A program made the translations under genes and the position numbers. A DNA stretch of 64,000 bases from positions 768,001 to 832,000 of the forward strand of contig CAXXWS020000003.1 of assembly GCA_963665325.3 (NCBI GenBank), in the 5' to 3' direction. This document shows positions 20,909 to 30,558 of this stretch, one piece after another. A model generated the notes under the pieces. The model was not told where the DNA came from. It did no database searches and saw only the letters and a list, made by a program, of their open reading frames with translations. Numbering within the stretch: position 1 is the first letter of the stretch; each line of letters begins with the position of its first letter. This stretch comes from Alphaproteobacteria bacterium (lineage in GTDB: Bacteria; Pseudomonadota; Alphaproteobacteria; Bin95).

Positions 20909-23338
20909 ATGAACTTCATCGCCCCCAGGGCCGAGCCGCTCATCAGGGAGATTCCGCTCTCCCGGCTCGCGCTCGCCCCCGAGAACGTCCGCAAGACCCC
21001 GCCCGATCCCCGGGCCGACGCCGAGCTCAAGGCCTCGATCGCCGCGCTCGGACTGCTGGAGAACCTGGTCGTCCGCGCCGACCAGCCGGGAGAGGACGGA
21101 ACGGACCGCTACGCCGTGGTCGCCGGCGGCCGCCGCCTCAAGGCCATGCAGGCGCTCGTTGAGGACGAGGCGTTCGACGCCGACCGTCCGGTGCCCTGCC
21201 AGGTCAGGTCCGGCGATGCCGAGCCCGGCGAGATCTCGCTCGCCGAGAACGTCATCCGCGTGCCGATGCACCCGGCGGACCAGGTGGTCGCGTTCACGAA
21301 GCTGGCCGACGCCGGCCAGTCGGTTTCCGCCATTGCGGCGCGCTTCGGCGCGTCCGAGCGCATCGTCGAACAGCGCCTGCGCCTCGGCAACGCCGCGCCC
21401 GAGCTGCTCGACGCCTACCGTGCCGACGAGATCGACCTCGAAGTGCTGAAGGCCTTCGCCGTCACCACAGACCGCGAGCGCCAGATGGCGGTCTGGGAAC
21501 AGGTCGCGGCCCAGGGCTACCGTCCGTCAGCCTGGCAGGTGAAGCGCCTGCTGACCGAGGAGCGGGTGCCGGGCGCCACGGCGGTCGCCCGCTTCGTCGG
21601 GGTCGAGGCCTATGAGGCCGCCGGCGGCGCCGTGCTGCGCGACCTGTTCGCCCGGGACGACGAGAGCGGCGTCTGGTTCGAGGACCCGGTGCTGCTGGCG
21701 AAGCTGGCGACCGGGAAGCTCCAGGCGGCCGCCGACGAACTCGCGACCCGCTGGAAGTGGGCCGTGGCGATGATCGAGGTCGAGTGGAGCGACACCGCGC
21801 GCTACGGCCGCATCGAGCCGCAGTCCGGCGCGCCGACCGACGAGGAGCAGGCCGAGATCGCGAAGCTGGAAGCCCGCCAGGCGGAGCTCGCCGAGCTCGA
21901 CGACGACGAGTGGACCGAGGAGACCGTCGCGGAAGCCGAGGCCATCGAGACCCGCCTCGAAGAGATCGAGGGCGCCGTCGAGGCCCGCGCGGTGTTCCGC
22001 CGCGAGGATTTCGCGATGGCGGGCTGCATCGTCACCGTCGGCCACGACGGCTCGCTCCAGGTCATCCAAGGTCTGGTGAAGCCCGAGGATATGCCGAAGG
22101 CGGCGGAGTCCGGCGAGGCCGGCACCCGGGCCGCGAACGGTCACGACGCGCATACCACCACCCATGGCGTCCGCACCGCCGGTCCCGACGATCGCACCGC
22201 CGGCCCGTCGGTCTCCCGGCCCATGGCGCCGCCGCCGGACCGCGAGGCCGAGGCGCGCAAGGAGGCCGGGGTCGGTATCGGGCTTGCCGACGACCTGCGC
22301 TCGATCCGCACCGCGCTGGTCAAGGCGAAGCTCGCCGGCGACTTCGAGGCCGCCTTCGACCTCGCGCTGTTCCAGATGGGCCGCGCCGTGTTCGCGCCGG
22401 GCTACCACGACCACGCCCTCGACATCGCGGTCAAGGAGACCCCGGACCGGCCCAACACCCGCATGAACGACGCCGACTTCGCCGACTGCTCGCCGGGCGA
22501 GGCGATGCTGGAGGACCGCTCGCACCTGTCGATGGACTGGCTGACGATCGAGGACGACGGCGAATCCTTCGCGGCACTCAGGGCCTTGTCCCGGGCCGAG
22601 AAGGAGGCGCTGTTCGCGGCCTGTGTCGCGCGCACGGTGAAGGGCCAGCTCGCCTTCGAGCCCCAGGCGCGGCCCGAGCTCGAAGCCACGGTGGCCCGGC
22701 TCGACATCGACTTCGCCAGGCATGTCCGCCCGACCGCCGGCATGCTGTGGTCGCGGATCGCCAAGGCGCGCGTCCTCGACATCGCCCGCACGGTGTTCGG
22801 CCTGAACTGGGCGTCGGCGCGGTCGAAGTACAAGAAGCCCGCGCTCGCCGAGGCGATGGAAGCCGCCTTCGCCGCCGGAGATCCGCAGGTCGGGGTGAGC
22901 GCCGCGATGCACGCGGCCGCGCTCGCCTGGGTCCCGCCGGGGTTCGCGGCGTTCGACACCGAACGGTCGGTCGGAGACGCCGGGGAGGCGGCGACGGACG
23001 CCGCCGGGACCGCGCCGGCCGGCGAGCCGGAGTCCGCGGAACCCGCTGCCGACGCCGGGACCGAATCGGCGGAGGCGGCGCCGGTCGGCAACCGCCATGC
23101 GACGGAAGCCGCTCCGGAACCGGAACCGTCGGACGCCGCGACGGCGAATGCCGGCAACGGCGCCGCCGAAACGGTCGATCCCGGTCCGAACGCCGATCGC
23201 GGCGATACCGGGGAGGCCGATCACGACACGGCCATCGCGGGCGGCCCGGACGGCATCTCCGGGACCGGTCCGGTCAACGGCCACGACGTGCACCGGGACC
23301 CGATGGAGATCCCGGAATTCCTCCGCCGCGTCCAGTAG
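20909..23338 (+). CDS. Long ParB/RepB/Spo0J-family protein
   Basis: ENVRKT, GLLENLVV, VVAGGRRLKA, SLAENVIR..MHPADQ, HTH IAARFGASERIVEQRLRL. Confidence 0.88.
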   Translation: MNFIAPRAEPLIREIPLSRLALAPENVRKTPPDPRADAELKASIAALGLLENLVVRADQPGEDGTDRYAVVAGGRRLKAMQALVEDEAFDADRPVPCQVRSGDAEPGEISLAENVIRVPMHPADQVVAFTKLADAGQSVSAIAARFGASERIVEQRLRLGNAAPELLDAYRADEIDLEVLKAFAVTTDRERQMAVWEQVAAQGYRPSAWQVKRLLTEERVPGATAVARFVGVEAYEAAGGAVLRDLFARDDESGVWFEDPVLLAKLATGKLQAAADELATRWKWAVAMIEVEWSDTARYGRIEPQSGAPTDEEQAEIAKLEARQAELAELDDDEWTEETVAEAEAIETRLEEIEGAVEARAVFRREDFAMAGCIVTVGHDGSLQVIQGLVKPEDMPKAAESGEAGTRAANGHDAHTTTHGVRTAGPDDRTAGPSVSRPMAPPPDREAEARKEAGVGIGLADDLRSIRTALVKAKLAGDFEAAFDLALFQMGRAVFAPGYHDHALDIAVKETPDRPNTRMNDADFADCSPGEAMLEDRSHLSMDWLTIEDDGESFAALRALSRAEKEALFAACVARTVKGQLAFEPQARPELEATVARLDIDFARHVRPTAGMLWSRIAKARVLDIARTVFGLNWASARSKYKKPALAEAMEAAFAAGDPQVGVSAAMHAAALAWVPPGFAAFDTERSVGDAGEAATDAAGTAPAGEPESAEPAADAGTESAEAAPVGNRHATEAAPEPEPSDAATANAGNGAAETVDPGPNADRGDTGEADHDTAIAGGPDGISGTGPVNGHDVHRDPMEIPEFLRRVQ

Positions 23339-23352
23339 CCGTCCTCGCCCGA

Positions 23353-23394
23353 GGAAACGCCCCGCCGGCGTCAACATGCCGGCGGGGCGTTTCC
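23353..23394 (+). terminator. Strong hairpin after parB
   Basis: GGAAACGCCCCGCCGGC-GTCAACAT-GCCGGCGGGGCGTTTCC, 17-bp perfect stem. Confidence 0.7.
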
Positions 23395-23423
23395 GTTTCC
23401 GCATCCGTCATGGAGGTCCGCCC

Positions 23424-24017
23424 ATGAACCGCACGATCCGCGCCCGCATTCACGAGAGCGCCGTGAAGCGGGTAACCAGAATCTACGCCGCCACCGCGTC
23501 GGAGATTCTCGCAGAAATTCTGCAAAACTCACGCCGCGCCGGCGCCACCCGCGTCCGCATTGCCGTTGCCGCCCCCGCCGGCCGGACGAAATCGCCCCTG
23601 CGACGGGCGATACGCCGCTCACCGTCACCATTACCGACGATGGCATGGGCATCGCCGATCCTGCCGTCCTGCTGAGCTTCGGCGAGAACGGCTGGGACGA
23701 CGCCCTGGTCCGCCGCGAGGACGCCGCCGGCTTCGGCTTCGCCAGCCTGGCGCGCCGCAACTGCGCCGTCTCCTCGCGGTCCCGCTCGCCAAACGGGAAG
23801 GTGTTGCCCGGCTGGCAAGTCTCACTGTTGCCGGAGCACTTCCTCGGGGAGGCGGACGCCGAGGTCCGGGCCGACGAGGAAGCGCCGTTTCCGCATGGGA
23901 CGGCGATTTCGTTCCAGGCGACCGAGTCGGCCGCTGCGATCCGCGCTGCGGCGGAGAATGCGGCTCGCCACTACCCGCTGCCCGTGCTGTTCGAGGACCG
24001 CACTGAAGACGACACCG
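23424..24017 (+). pseudogene. GHKL/HATPase protein, 5' part (frameshift near 23583; interrupted by transposon)
   Basis: EILQNSRRAGA, then in the shifted frame TITDDGMG...AAGFGFASL; continues in frame after 28387. Confidence 0.7.
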
Positions 24018-24165
24018 CTGAGCGGGCGCAGGCTTTCAGCGGCGATCAGGGGCTGATCGGCTCGGATTAATCGAGGTTTTGGATTGGGTGCCCCCCGGCG
24101 ATCTTGCAAGAAGGCCGCCGGAGGGCTTGTCTCGGTGACAGTGACATCAACCTGAGACGGCCCCA

Positions 24166-24780
24166 ATGTCGCACAAGCTGTTCCGGCACTCCAATCTCTC
24201 CAACGCCCGGGTTTGGGATTTTCTGAAGCAGGTCGACGCGGCCGAGGCGGAGGCGTGCCGGGCGGCGGGTTGCCCGCGCTGCGGCGGCGCGCTTCACAGC
24301 GCGAGCTACCCGCGCAAGCCGCACGGTCTGGCGGCGAATCTTCGGAACGACGTTCGGCGCTTCAGCCTGTGCTGTTCGGTGTGCCGACGCCGCGTGAAGC
24401 CGCCGTCGGTGCGTTTCTTCGGCAGGCGCTTTTACGTCGGGGCGCTGTTCCTTGTGGTGAGTGCGCTGGCTGTGGCCGGCGGCGCGCGGTTGCAGACGAT
24501 CGCGCGGCGGTGCGGGGTTCCGGCCTCGACGCTGAAGCGCTGGCGGCGCTGGTGGCTGGAAGCCTTCCCGCTGACCCGGGAGTGGCAGGCGAGACGGGGC
24601 GAGCTGGCGGCGCCGCCCGAAGAGGCGCCGCTGCGCCGGCTGCTGCGCATCATGCGGGGCCGTGGCTTCCGCTCGCGGCTGCTGCGGAGCCTGGTCTGGC
24701 TGATGCCGTGGACCGGCTTTTGCGCGCTCGGCGCAGGTCCGGCTTCGCCCGCAGAAAGCGTTTCTATGATGCACGGATAG
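24166..24780 (+). CDS. Transposon accessory zinc-ribbon/HTH protein (DUF6431-like)
   Basis: CPRCGG...RFSLCCSVCRRR..PPSVRF; C-terminal HTH GVPASTLKRWRRWW. Confidence 0.65.
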   Translation: MSHKLFRHSNLSNARVWDFLKQVDAAEAEACRAAGCPRCGGALHSASYPRKPHGLAANLRNDVRRFSLCCSVCRRRVKPPSVRFFGRRFYVGALFLVVSALAVAGGARLQTIARRCGVPASTLKRWRRWWLEAFPLTREWQARRGELAAPPEEAPLRRLLRIMRGRGFRSRLLRSLVWLMPWTGFCALGAGPASPAESVSMMHG

Positions 24781-24828
24781 GGCACCGCATCATCGGCACC
24801 TCCACGAAGCAGCGAGGGGGATGCCGGA

Positions 24829-26304
24829 ATGAACAGCAACGACGGGAGCGAGCGTCGCGACCGGTGGGCGCGGTTGCGCTTCGCGGTGGTCGGGCCGCTT
24901 CTGGCCTCGCCGCCGCCGGCGGGGCGGCTGCACGCCGAGCTTGAGCGGCTTGCCGAACGCGAGTGGGATCACCCGTCCGGCAAGGGCCGGGTGCGCTTCG
25001 CGGTGTCCACGATCGAGCGCTGGTACTACCAGGCGCGGGCGGCGGACAACGATCCGGTGGGGGCGCTCAAGCGGCGCCCGCGCGCCGATGCCGGGCGCCC
25101 GCGCGCGATGTCGCCGACGCTGATCGAGGCGCTGCACGAGCAGTACCGGGCGCATCCGTCGTGGTCGGCGCAGCTTCATCACGAGAATCTGGCCGCGCGG
25201 GTCGAGGCCGATCCCGAGCTCGGCCCGATACCGTCCTACGCGACGCTGACCCGGGCGATGCGGGCTCGCGGGCTGGTACGCAAGCGCCGGCGCAAGTGGC
25301 ATGAGAGCGAGGCCAGGCCGGCGGTCGAAGCCCGCGAGGTATTGAGCTACGAGGTCTCGCGCTCTCACGCCCTGTGGCACGCCGACATGCACAGCGCCAA
25401 GCGTCGCGTGCTGACCGCCTCGGGCGAGTGGAAGACGCCGATCCTGCTCGGCTTCCTCGACGACCACTCGCGCCTCGGCTGCCACCTTCAGTGGTACCTC
25501 GCCGAGACCGCCGAGGTGTTCGTCCACGGCCTTTGCCAGGCCTTCATGAAGCGCGGTCTGCCGAGGTCCCTGCTGACCGACAACGGCGCGGCGATGACCG
25601 CGGGCGAGGTCGAGGAGGGGTTGCACCGGCTCGGCATCGCGGGGGTCACGACGCTCGCTTACAGCCCCCATCAGAACGGCAAGATCGAGTCGTTCTGGGG
25701 CACGGTCGAATCGCGCCTGATGGCTCAGCTCGAAGGCGTCGACGCGCTTACCTTGAAGATGCTCAACGACGCCACCATCGCCTGGCTGGAGCAGGACTAT
25801 CACCGCCGCAAGCACCGCGAGCTCGGCATGACGCCGCATCAACGCCTGGCCGGGAGCGTCGACGCGTCGAGATCCTGCCCCGGCTCGGCCGAGCTCAAGG
25901 CGGCCTTCCGCATCACCAGGAAGCGCACGCTCAGGCGCTCGGACGGCACCGTCTCGGTCGAGGGCATCCGCTACCAGGTGCCACAGCCGTGGCGCCACCT
26001 GCGCGAGGCCTGGATCCGTTACGCGCGCTGGAACCTCGCCAGCGTCGATCTGATCGACGGTCGAGGCGGCGAGCGCCTGTGCACGCTGTACCCCCTCGAC
26101 AAGCGCGGCAACGCCGATGGCGTGCGCCGTCCCGCCGGCCCCGGCGGCAACGATGGCAATGGCGGCGCGGGGACGGGGGAACTTCCGCCGCTGCTCAAGG
26201 GCATGCTCGACGCCCAGGCCGCAACCGGCCTGCCGCCGGCCTGGCTGCCCCATGACAAGACGCCCGGTCCGGGCGAGGACGAAGATCGGGGAGATGCGCC
26301 ATGA
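24829..26304 (+). CDS. DDE (rve) transposase with Mu-like C-terminal domain
   Basis: LWHAD...LDDHSR...LTDNGAAM...P.QNGKIE..W; DGTVSVEGIRYQVP. Confidence 0.9.
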   Translation: MNSNDGSERRDRWARLRFAVVGPLLASPPPAGRLHAELERLAEREWDHPSGKGRVRFAVSTIERWYYQARAADNDPVGALKRRPRADAGRPRAMSPTLIEALHEQYRAHPSWSAQLHHENLAARVEADPELGPIPSYATLTRAMRARGLVRKRRRKWHESEARPAVEAREVLSYEVSRSHALWHADMHSAKRRVLTASGEWKTPILLGFLDDHSRLGCHLQWYLAETAEVFVHGLCQAFMKRGLPRSLLTDNGAAMTAGEVEEGLHRLGIAGVTTLAYSPHQNGKIESFWGTVESRLMAQLEGVDALTLKMLNDATIAWLEQDYHRRKHRELGMTPHQRLAGSVDASRSCPGSAELKAAFRITRKRTLRRSDGTVSVEGIRYQVPQPWRHLREAWIRYARWNLASVDLIDGRGGERLCTLYPLDKRGNADGVRRPAGPGGNDGNGGAGTGELPPLLKGMLDAQAATGLPPAWLPHDKTPGPGEDEDRGDAP

Positions 26305-27134
26305 ACCGGGAACTGCTCACCTTCTACGGGCTCAAGTGGAACCCCTTCGCCACCGACCTGCCGGTCGACAGTCTCATGGCGACGCCTGCCGTCGACAGCT
26401 TCTGCCTCAGGATCGAGCGCCACCTGGTGCGCCAGGGCGGCTTCGCCTTGATCGCCGGCGAGCCCGGCGCCGGAAAGAGTGTGGCGTTGCGCCTGCTCGC
26501 CGACCGTCTCGGCCGCTGCGAGGGGCTCAGCATCGCCGCCATCACCCATCCCTCCTCCCGGCTGTCCGACTTCTACCGCGAGATCGGCGAGATGTTCGGC
26601 GTCGACCTGATGTACAACAACCGCTGGGCCAGCTTCAAAAGCCTGCGCGAGCGCTGGCTCGCCCATGTCGACGATACCCGCATGCGCCCCGTCGTGCTCG
26701 TCGACGAGGCCCAGGAGCTGCTGCCCTCGGTGTTCTCCGAGATCCGCCTGCTGGCTTCGACCGACTTCGACTCGCGCGCCATCCTCTCGGTCGTCCTCGC
26801 CGGCGACACGCGCCTGCTCGACAAGCTCCGCCAGCCCGATCTGCAGCCCATCGCCTCGCGCATCCGCCAGCGCCTGGTCATGACCAAGGCCGAGGCCGGC
26901 GACCTCGCGGCCCTGCTCGACCATCTGATCGAGCAGGCCGGCAATCCCGGCCTCATGACCGCGGGCCTCAAGGACACCCTGGTCGCCCATGCCGACGGCA
27001 ACCCGCGGGCGCTCACCGTCATGGCCGACGCCCTGCTCGCCGCCGCCGCCGAGAAGGAGCGCGAGGTCCTCGACGAGAAGCTCTTCATCGAGACCCTGGG
27101 CGAACCCGCCAAGCCGAGGAGGGCGCGGCGGTGA
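26301..27134 (+). CDS. ExeA-like AAA ATPase (transposition helper)
   Basis: FYGLKWNPF, GEPGAGKS, VLVDEAQ; ATGA overlap with the transposase. Confidence 0.88.
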   Translation: MNRELLTFYGLKWNPFATDLPVDSLMATPAVDSFCLRIERHLVRQGGFALIAGEPGAGKSVALRLLADRLGRCEGLSIAAITHPSSRLSDFYREIGEMFGVDLMYNNRWASFKSLRERWLAHVDDTRMRPVVLVDEAQELLPSVFSEIRLLASTDFDSRAILSVVLAGDTRLLDKLRQPDLQPIASRIRQRLVMTKAEAGDLAALLDHLIEQAGNPGLMTAGLKDTLVAHADGNPRALTVMADALLAAAAEKEREVLDEKLFIETLGEPAKPRRARR

Positions 27135-28129
27135 AGGGCTTCCCGACACGGGCGCCGGCGGAGCTCGAAGAGCGCCCCCAGGCGCGCCGCTGGATGGTCG
27201 AGGCGTTGTGGTCCGAGCAGGGCGTCGGCATCGTCGGCGGCGAGCCCAAGTGCGGCAAATCCTTCCTCGCACTCGACATCGCCGTCGCGGTCGCCGCCGG
27301 CGTCCCCTGCCTGCGCCACTTCCGTCCCGCCGCAAGCGGCCCCGTGCTGCTGTTCGCCGCCGAGGACGCCGGCCATATCGTGCGCGCACGCCTCCAGGGC
27401 ATCGCAAAGGCGGCAGGCACCGCGTTCGAGACCCTCGACATCGCCGTCATCGACGTGCCCACGCTGCGTCTCGACCATCGCGCCGATCGCCAGCGCCTGG
27501 TCGAGACGGTGGAGCGCGTCTCACCCCGCCTCGTCGTCCTCGACCCCCTCGTGCGCCTGCACGGCGTCGACGAAAATACCGTCGCCGAGGTCGCCCCCAT
27601 GCTGGGCTTCCTGCGCGACATACAGCGCCGCTTCGAAACCGCCGTCCTCCTCGTCCATCACGCACGAAAGAGCGGCGGCTCCCGGCCCGGGCAGGCGCTG
27701 CGCGGCAGCAGCGAACTTCACGCCTGGGGCGATTCGAATCTGTACCTGCGCCGGCGAGACCGCCAGATCCTCATGACCGTCGAGCATCGCGACGCCCCTG
27801 GCCTCGAAGACCTCGAGATCGAACTCGCCGACGACGACGAGCGCCCCGCCCTGCGGTTGCGCGAGACGCCGGAAGACCAGGCGCCGGAGCCGGATACCCC
27901 CGAACGGCGCATCCTGCAGGCCCTCGCCGACGCCGACGCGCCGCTCTCCCAGCGCCGGATCCGCGAGCGCGCGGCAACCCGGCCCGCAACCGTCGCCGAG
28001 GCGCTGCACAGGCTCGTCCGCGAAGGACGCGTCGAGCGCGCATCCGAAGGCGGATACCGCCTCGCCGCCCTCAACGGCAACGACCGCAGGGACACGTTAC
28101 CGAAAACCGTTACCGCCTCGAACCCCTAG
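27131..28129 (+). CDS. AAA_25/RepA-like RecA-fold ATPase with C-terminal wHTH
   Basis: GGEPKCGKS, FAAED, LVVLDPL, LLVHHARK, LRGSS; GTGA overlap with the upstream gene. Confidence 0.82.
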   Translation: MKGFPTRAPAELEERPQARRWMVEALWSEQGVGIVGGEPKCGKSFLALDIAVAVAAGVPCLRHFRPAASGPVLLFAAEDAGHIVRARLQGIAKAAGTAFETLDIAVIDVPTLRLDHRADRQRLVETVERVSPRLVVLDPLVRLHGVDENTVAEVAPMLGFLRDIQRRFETAVLLVHHARKSGGSRPGQALRGSSELHAWGDSNLYLRRRDRQILMTVEHRDAPGLEDLEIELADDDERPALRLRETPEDQAPEPDTPERRILQALADADAPLSQRRIRERAATRPATVAEALHRLVREGRVERASEGGYRLAALNGNDRRDTLPKTVTASNP

Positions 28130-28386
28130 GGAGAGAGGGTAACGGTAACGGGTAACACCGCTCCCATTGTCACACTGCGTAAAGCGGCCGGCCCGTGGCC
28201 GGAAGCTTGCTTACGGCCATGGATGCACTCCGTCGGAGGGACGGCGGCGGGTCACCCGAAGGGCCGGAGCGCAGCGCAGGAGCCGCGAAGCGGCTTGACG
28301 CGCCGACGGCCGTCCGACACCCCCGCCGTCACGCCCGGCCCGACGCCTGAAAACCATCGAACAACGTGACCATCCCGCCATCAGAT

Positions 28387-29568
28387 ACCGAGAGCACACT
28401 CACCGCCATGCCCGAAGAGTTGCCGCGCCGCGCCTTCCTCGACGGCGCGGTCCATGCCGAGCCATGGCGGGGGCTCGTCTTCGGCGTCTTCCCCAATCGC
28501 CGCGCCGGCTACAGGGACCCCGACCTCAGCTTTTTCGGCCTGACCCTGACGGTCGGCCTGCCCACGGTCGAGACCGTACACGGCGCGACCTGGACCGTCC
28601 TGGCCGATGTATGCGACTGCCCGGACCTCGAACTGGTCCTGCCGGCCCGCAAGGAGGCGGTCGAGAACGCTTTCCTGAAGGAGATGCGCGAGGCCGCGCG
28701 TCTCGCGATCTACCGCGCCATGGCGGCCGATTCCTCTCCGCGTCCCGCTTTCGAGGACTGGACGCGGGCGCGCGAGGCCGGCATCGACATCGCGCCGCCG
28801 CCGGCCGTGCTGCGTCCCTGGCGGCCCTCCATCGCCAATGTCGACGACTGGCGCGACCCGCCGAAACTCGCCGCTGTGGCCCAGGACGCTCTGGTCATGG
28901 ACTGCGATCCCGAGCCGCCCGACGCCCAGGCGCTCTGGCGCGCCGCCGAGCGGGAGGGTGCCACACACCGCCTGTTCGAGGCCGACCGCCGGCTCGAAGG
29001 CTATGGCTGGTACGACGCGCTCGACCGGGCAACCCGCATCGCAATCGAGGTCACGCTGGACGGCAAGCGCCGTGCGCTCGGCGACGCCCCGCTGCCGGAG
29101 CGGACGGGGCCGACCGCGGCGGAGCTGCCGCCCAGGCCGCAAGCGCTCCGCATCGAACTCGCCGTCCGGGCGGCGGACGGAGCGGCGGACACCCTCAGTC
29201 TGCCGGCCGATCTCGCCTTCGCGGGCGAGGCCTGGTCCTGGCTCGACGACGCCGTGCCGCTGGTGACCGCGGACAGCGCGCTCCAGCCGCACGAGCTCGC
29301 CGCGCTGCTTCGAAACGGATTCTTCTCGCCGTCCGACGACGCCGGGGCGGACAGCTACGAGACCCAGCGCGACCGCTTCGACGAAGACGCACTGCACCTG
29401 GCGACGCGGTTGCTGCTCAGCGACGACGAGGCCTGCCGGACGTCGATCGCCGAGGCCGTCCGGCGCGATCTGATGTGGTTCTGTCCCCAGGGCCGCGCGG
29501 TCGAGATCAGCGTGTGCCGGCCCGACGTGACGGTTACGCTGGCCGCCCTTGGGGAGGCCGCGCCATGA
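28387..29568 (+). pseudogene. GHKL protein, 3' part after the transposon
   Basis: Open frame ELPRRAFLDGAV...CPDLELVLPARKE lacks a convincing own start and joins in frame to the 5' part at 24017. Confidence 0.65.
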
Positions 29569-30044
29569 GCCGGCCCTGGACCGTGCAGGTCGGCTACAAC
29601 GCACACCATTGCAACACCGTCACGGTCGAGGCCGATACGCTTGAGGAGGCGCTGGAGAAGGCCATCGAGGACGCCAACGAGGACGCCGCGGGTTGGCGTT
29701 CGAGCGATCATTGCTCGGAGTCGTTCGTCGATACTGTTTGCGAAGGCGCCGGCGTCGACCCGTGGGGCGAAGGCTCGCTGCCCGTGCCCGACCGCTTCTC
29801 CGAGCATGGCGAGCCGCCGGTCGTGACCCTGGCCGGTCCCGTCCCGCCGGGCGCCGTCCGGGTCTCCGGCGGCAGGGTGACGGTCCGTTTCGAGACGGAT
29901 GCCGGCACGATCGCGGCGGAAATGCGCGACCCGCCGCATCCGCCCGCAAACAAGCCCTTGGTGACGGTTTCCGTCGGACCCGACGGCAAGCCCCGTGTCG
30001 AGGTCACCGGCGGCAGCGCCCGCGTCCGCATCCTCGACGGCTGA
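29565..30044 (+). CDS. Hypothetical protein
   Basis: MSRPWTVQVGY...VEADTLEEALEKA; GGAGG RBS; ATGA overlap. Confidence 0.65.
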   Translation: MSRPWTVQVGYNAHHCNTVTVEADTLEEALEKAIEDANEDAAGWRSSDHCSESFVDTVCEGAGVDPWGEGSLPVPDRFSEHGEPPVVTLAGPVPPGAVRVSGGRVTVRFETDAGTIAAEMRDPPHPPANKPLVTVSVGPDGKPRVEVTGGSARVRILDG

Positions 30045-30204
30045 TCCGGCCGCCGGCCGGTCGCCGCCGCCGATCCTTTCTCACAGATGGCGCCCTCCGC
30101 TCCGCCCGGAGCGGGGGCCGGCATGCGTCCGGGCGAGGCGGGGCAGGGGCGCGGGAGCGTCCCGGTTCCGCATGTCCGGCGTTCACCAACAGGAGGCCCA
30201 GCCC

Positions 30205-30426
30205 ATGCAGCATACCGCCGCCCATGTCCCCGATCGCGCCGCCAGTGTGCCCGCTCCGCAGGACCCCGGCGACGAGGCGCAGAAGCGCGCCATCGCCGAC
30301 GCAGTCTGGACCGACCTGCTCTGGCTGATGCCGACCGGCCGCACCGTCACGGTCACCGTCCGCGACGGCAGGGTCGCGGTCGAGCTCGGCCCGCCCGGCG
30401 CGGCGCCGGAGGTCCCGGCCCACTGA
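30205..30426 (+). CDS. Small protein resembling the C-terminus of the GHKL protein
   Basis: AGGAGG RBS; AIADAVWTDLLWLMPTGRTVTVTVR vs SIAEAVRRDLMWFCPQGRAVEISVC. Confidence 0.55.
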   Translation: MQHTAAHVPDRAASVPAPQDPGDEAQKRAIADAVWTDLLWLMPTGRTVTVTVRDGRVAVELGPPGAAPEVPAH

Positions 30427-30558
30427 CCCGGCCGGGTTCGGCGCCCGCCTATCCCGTGTCCGTATTGCCATCGCGCCCCGTCCCGCCCGCCGGGCCTGCC
30501 TCCCCGGATCGGCGTCCGGGGCGGGGCGTTTCCATTCCACCCCATTGAGGACGCCGCC

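Larger units (their letters stand above)
24018..28386 (+). mobile_element. About 4.4-kb four-gene transposon (Zn-ribbon, DDE transposase, ExeA-like ATPase, AAA_25); ends approximate
   Basis: Interrupts the GHKL gene; flanks GACACCG / GATACCG rejoin the frame; imperfect end similarity CTGAGCGGG vs CTGATGGCGGG (reverse complement). Confidence 0.72.

Noticed and set aside
21527-23427. Long alternative-frame ORFs (e.g. 625 aa minus, 556 aa plus) over parB, and similar ones elsewhere
   Set aside because: Arg/Pro/Gly-rich shadow ORFs expected in high-GC coding DNA.
24829-27134. Transposase plus ATPase as a CRISPR-associated transposon with the I-G locus
   Set aside because: More than 20 kb apart, no TniQ/TnsD, Cas3 is intact, and the element has its own insertion site in the GHKL gene.
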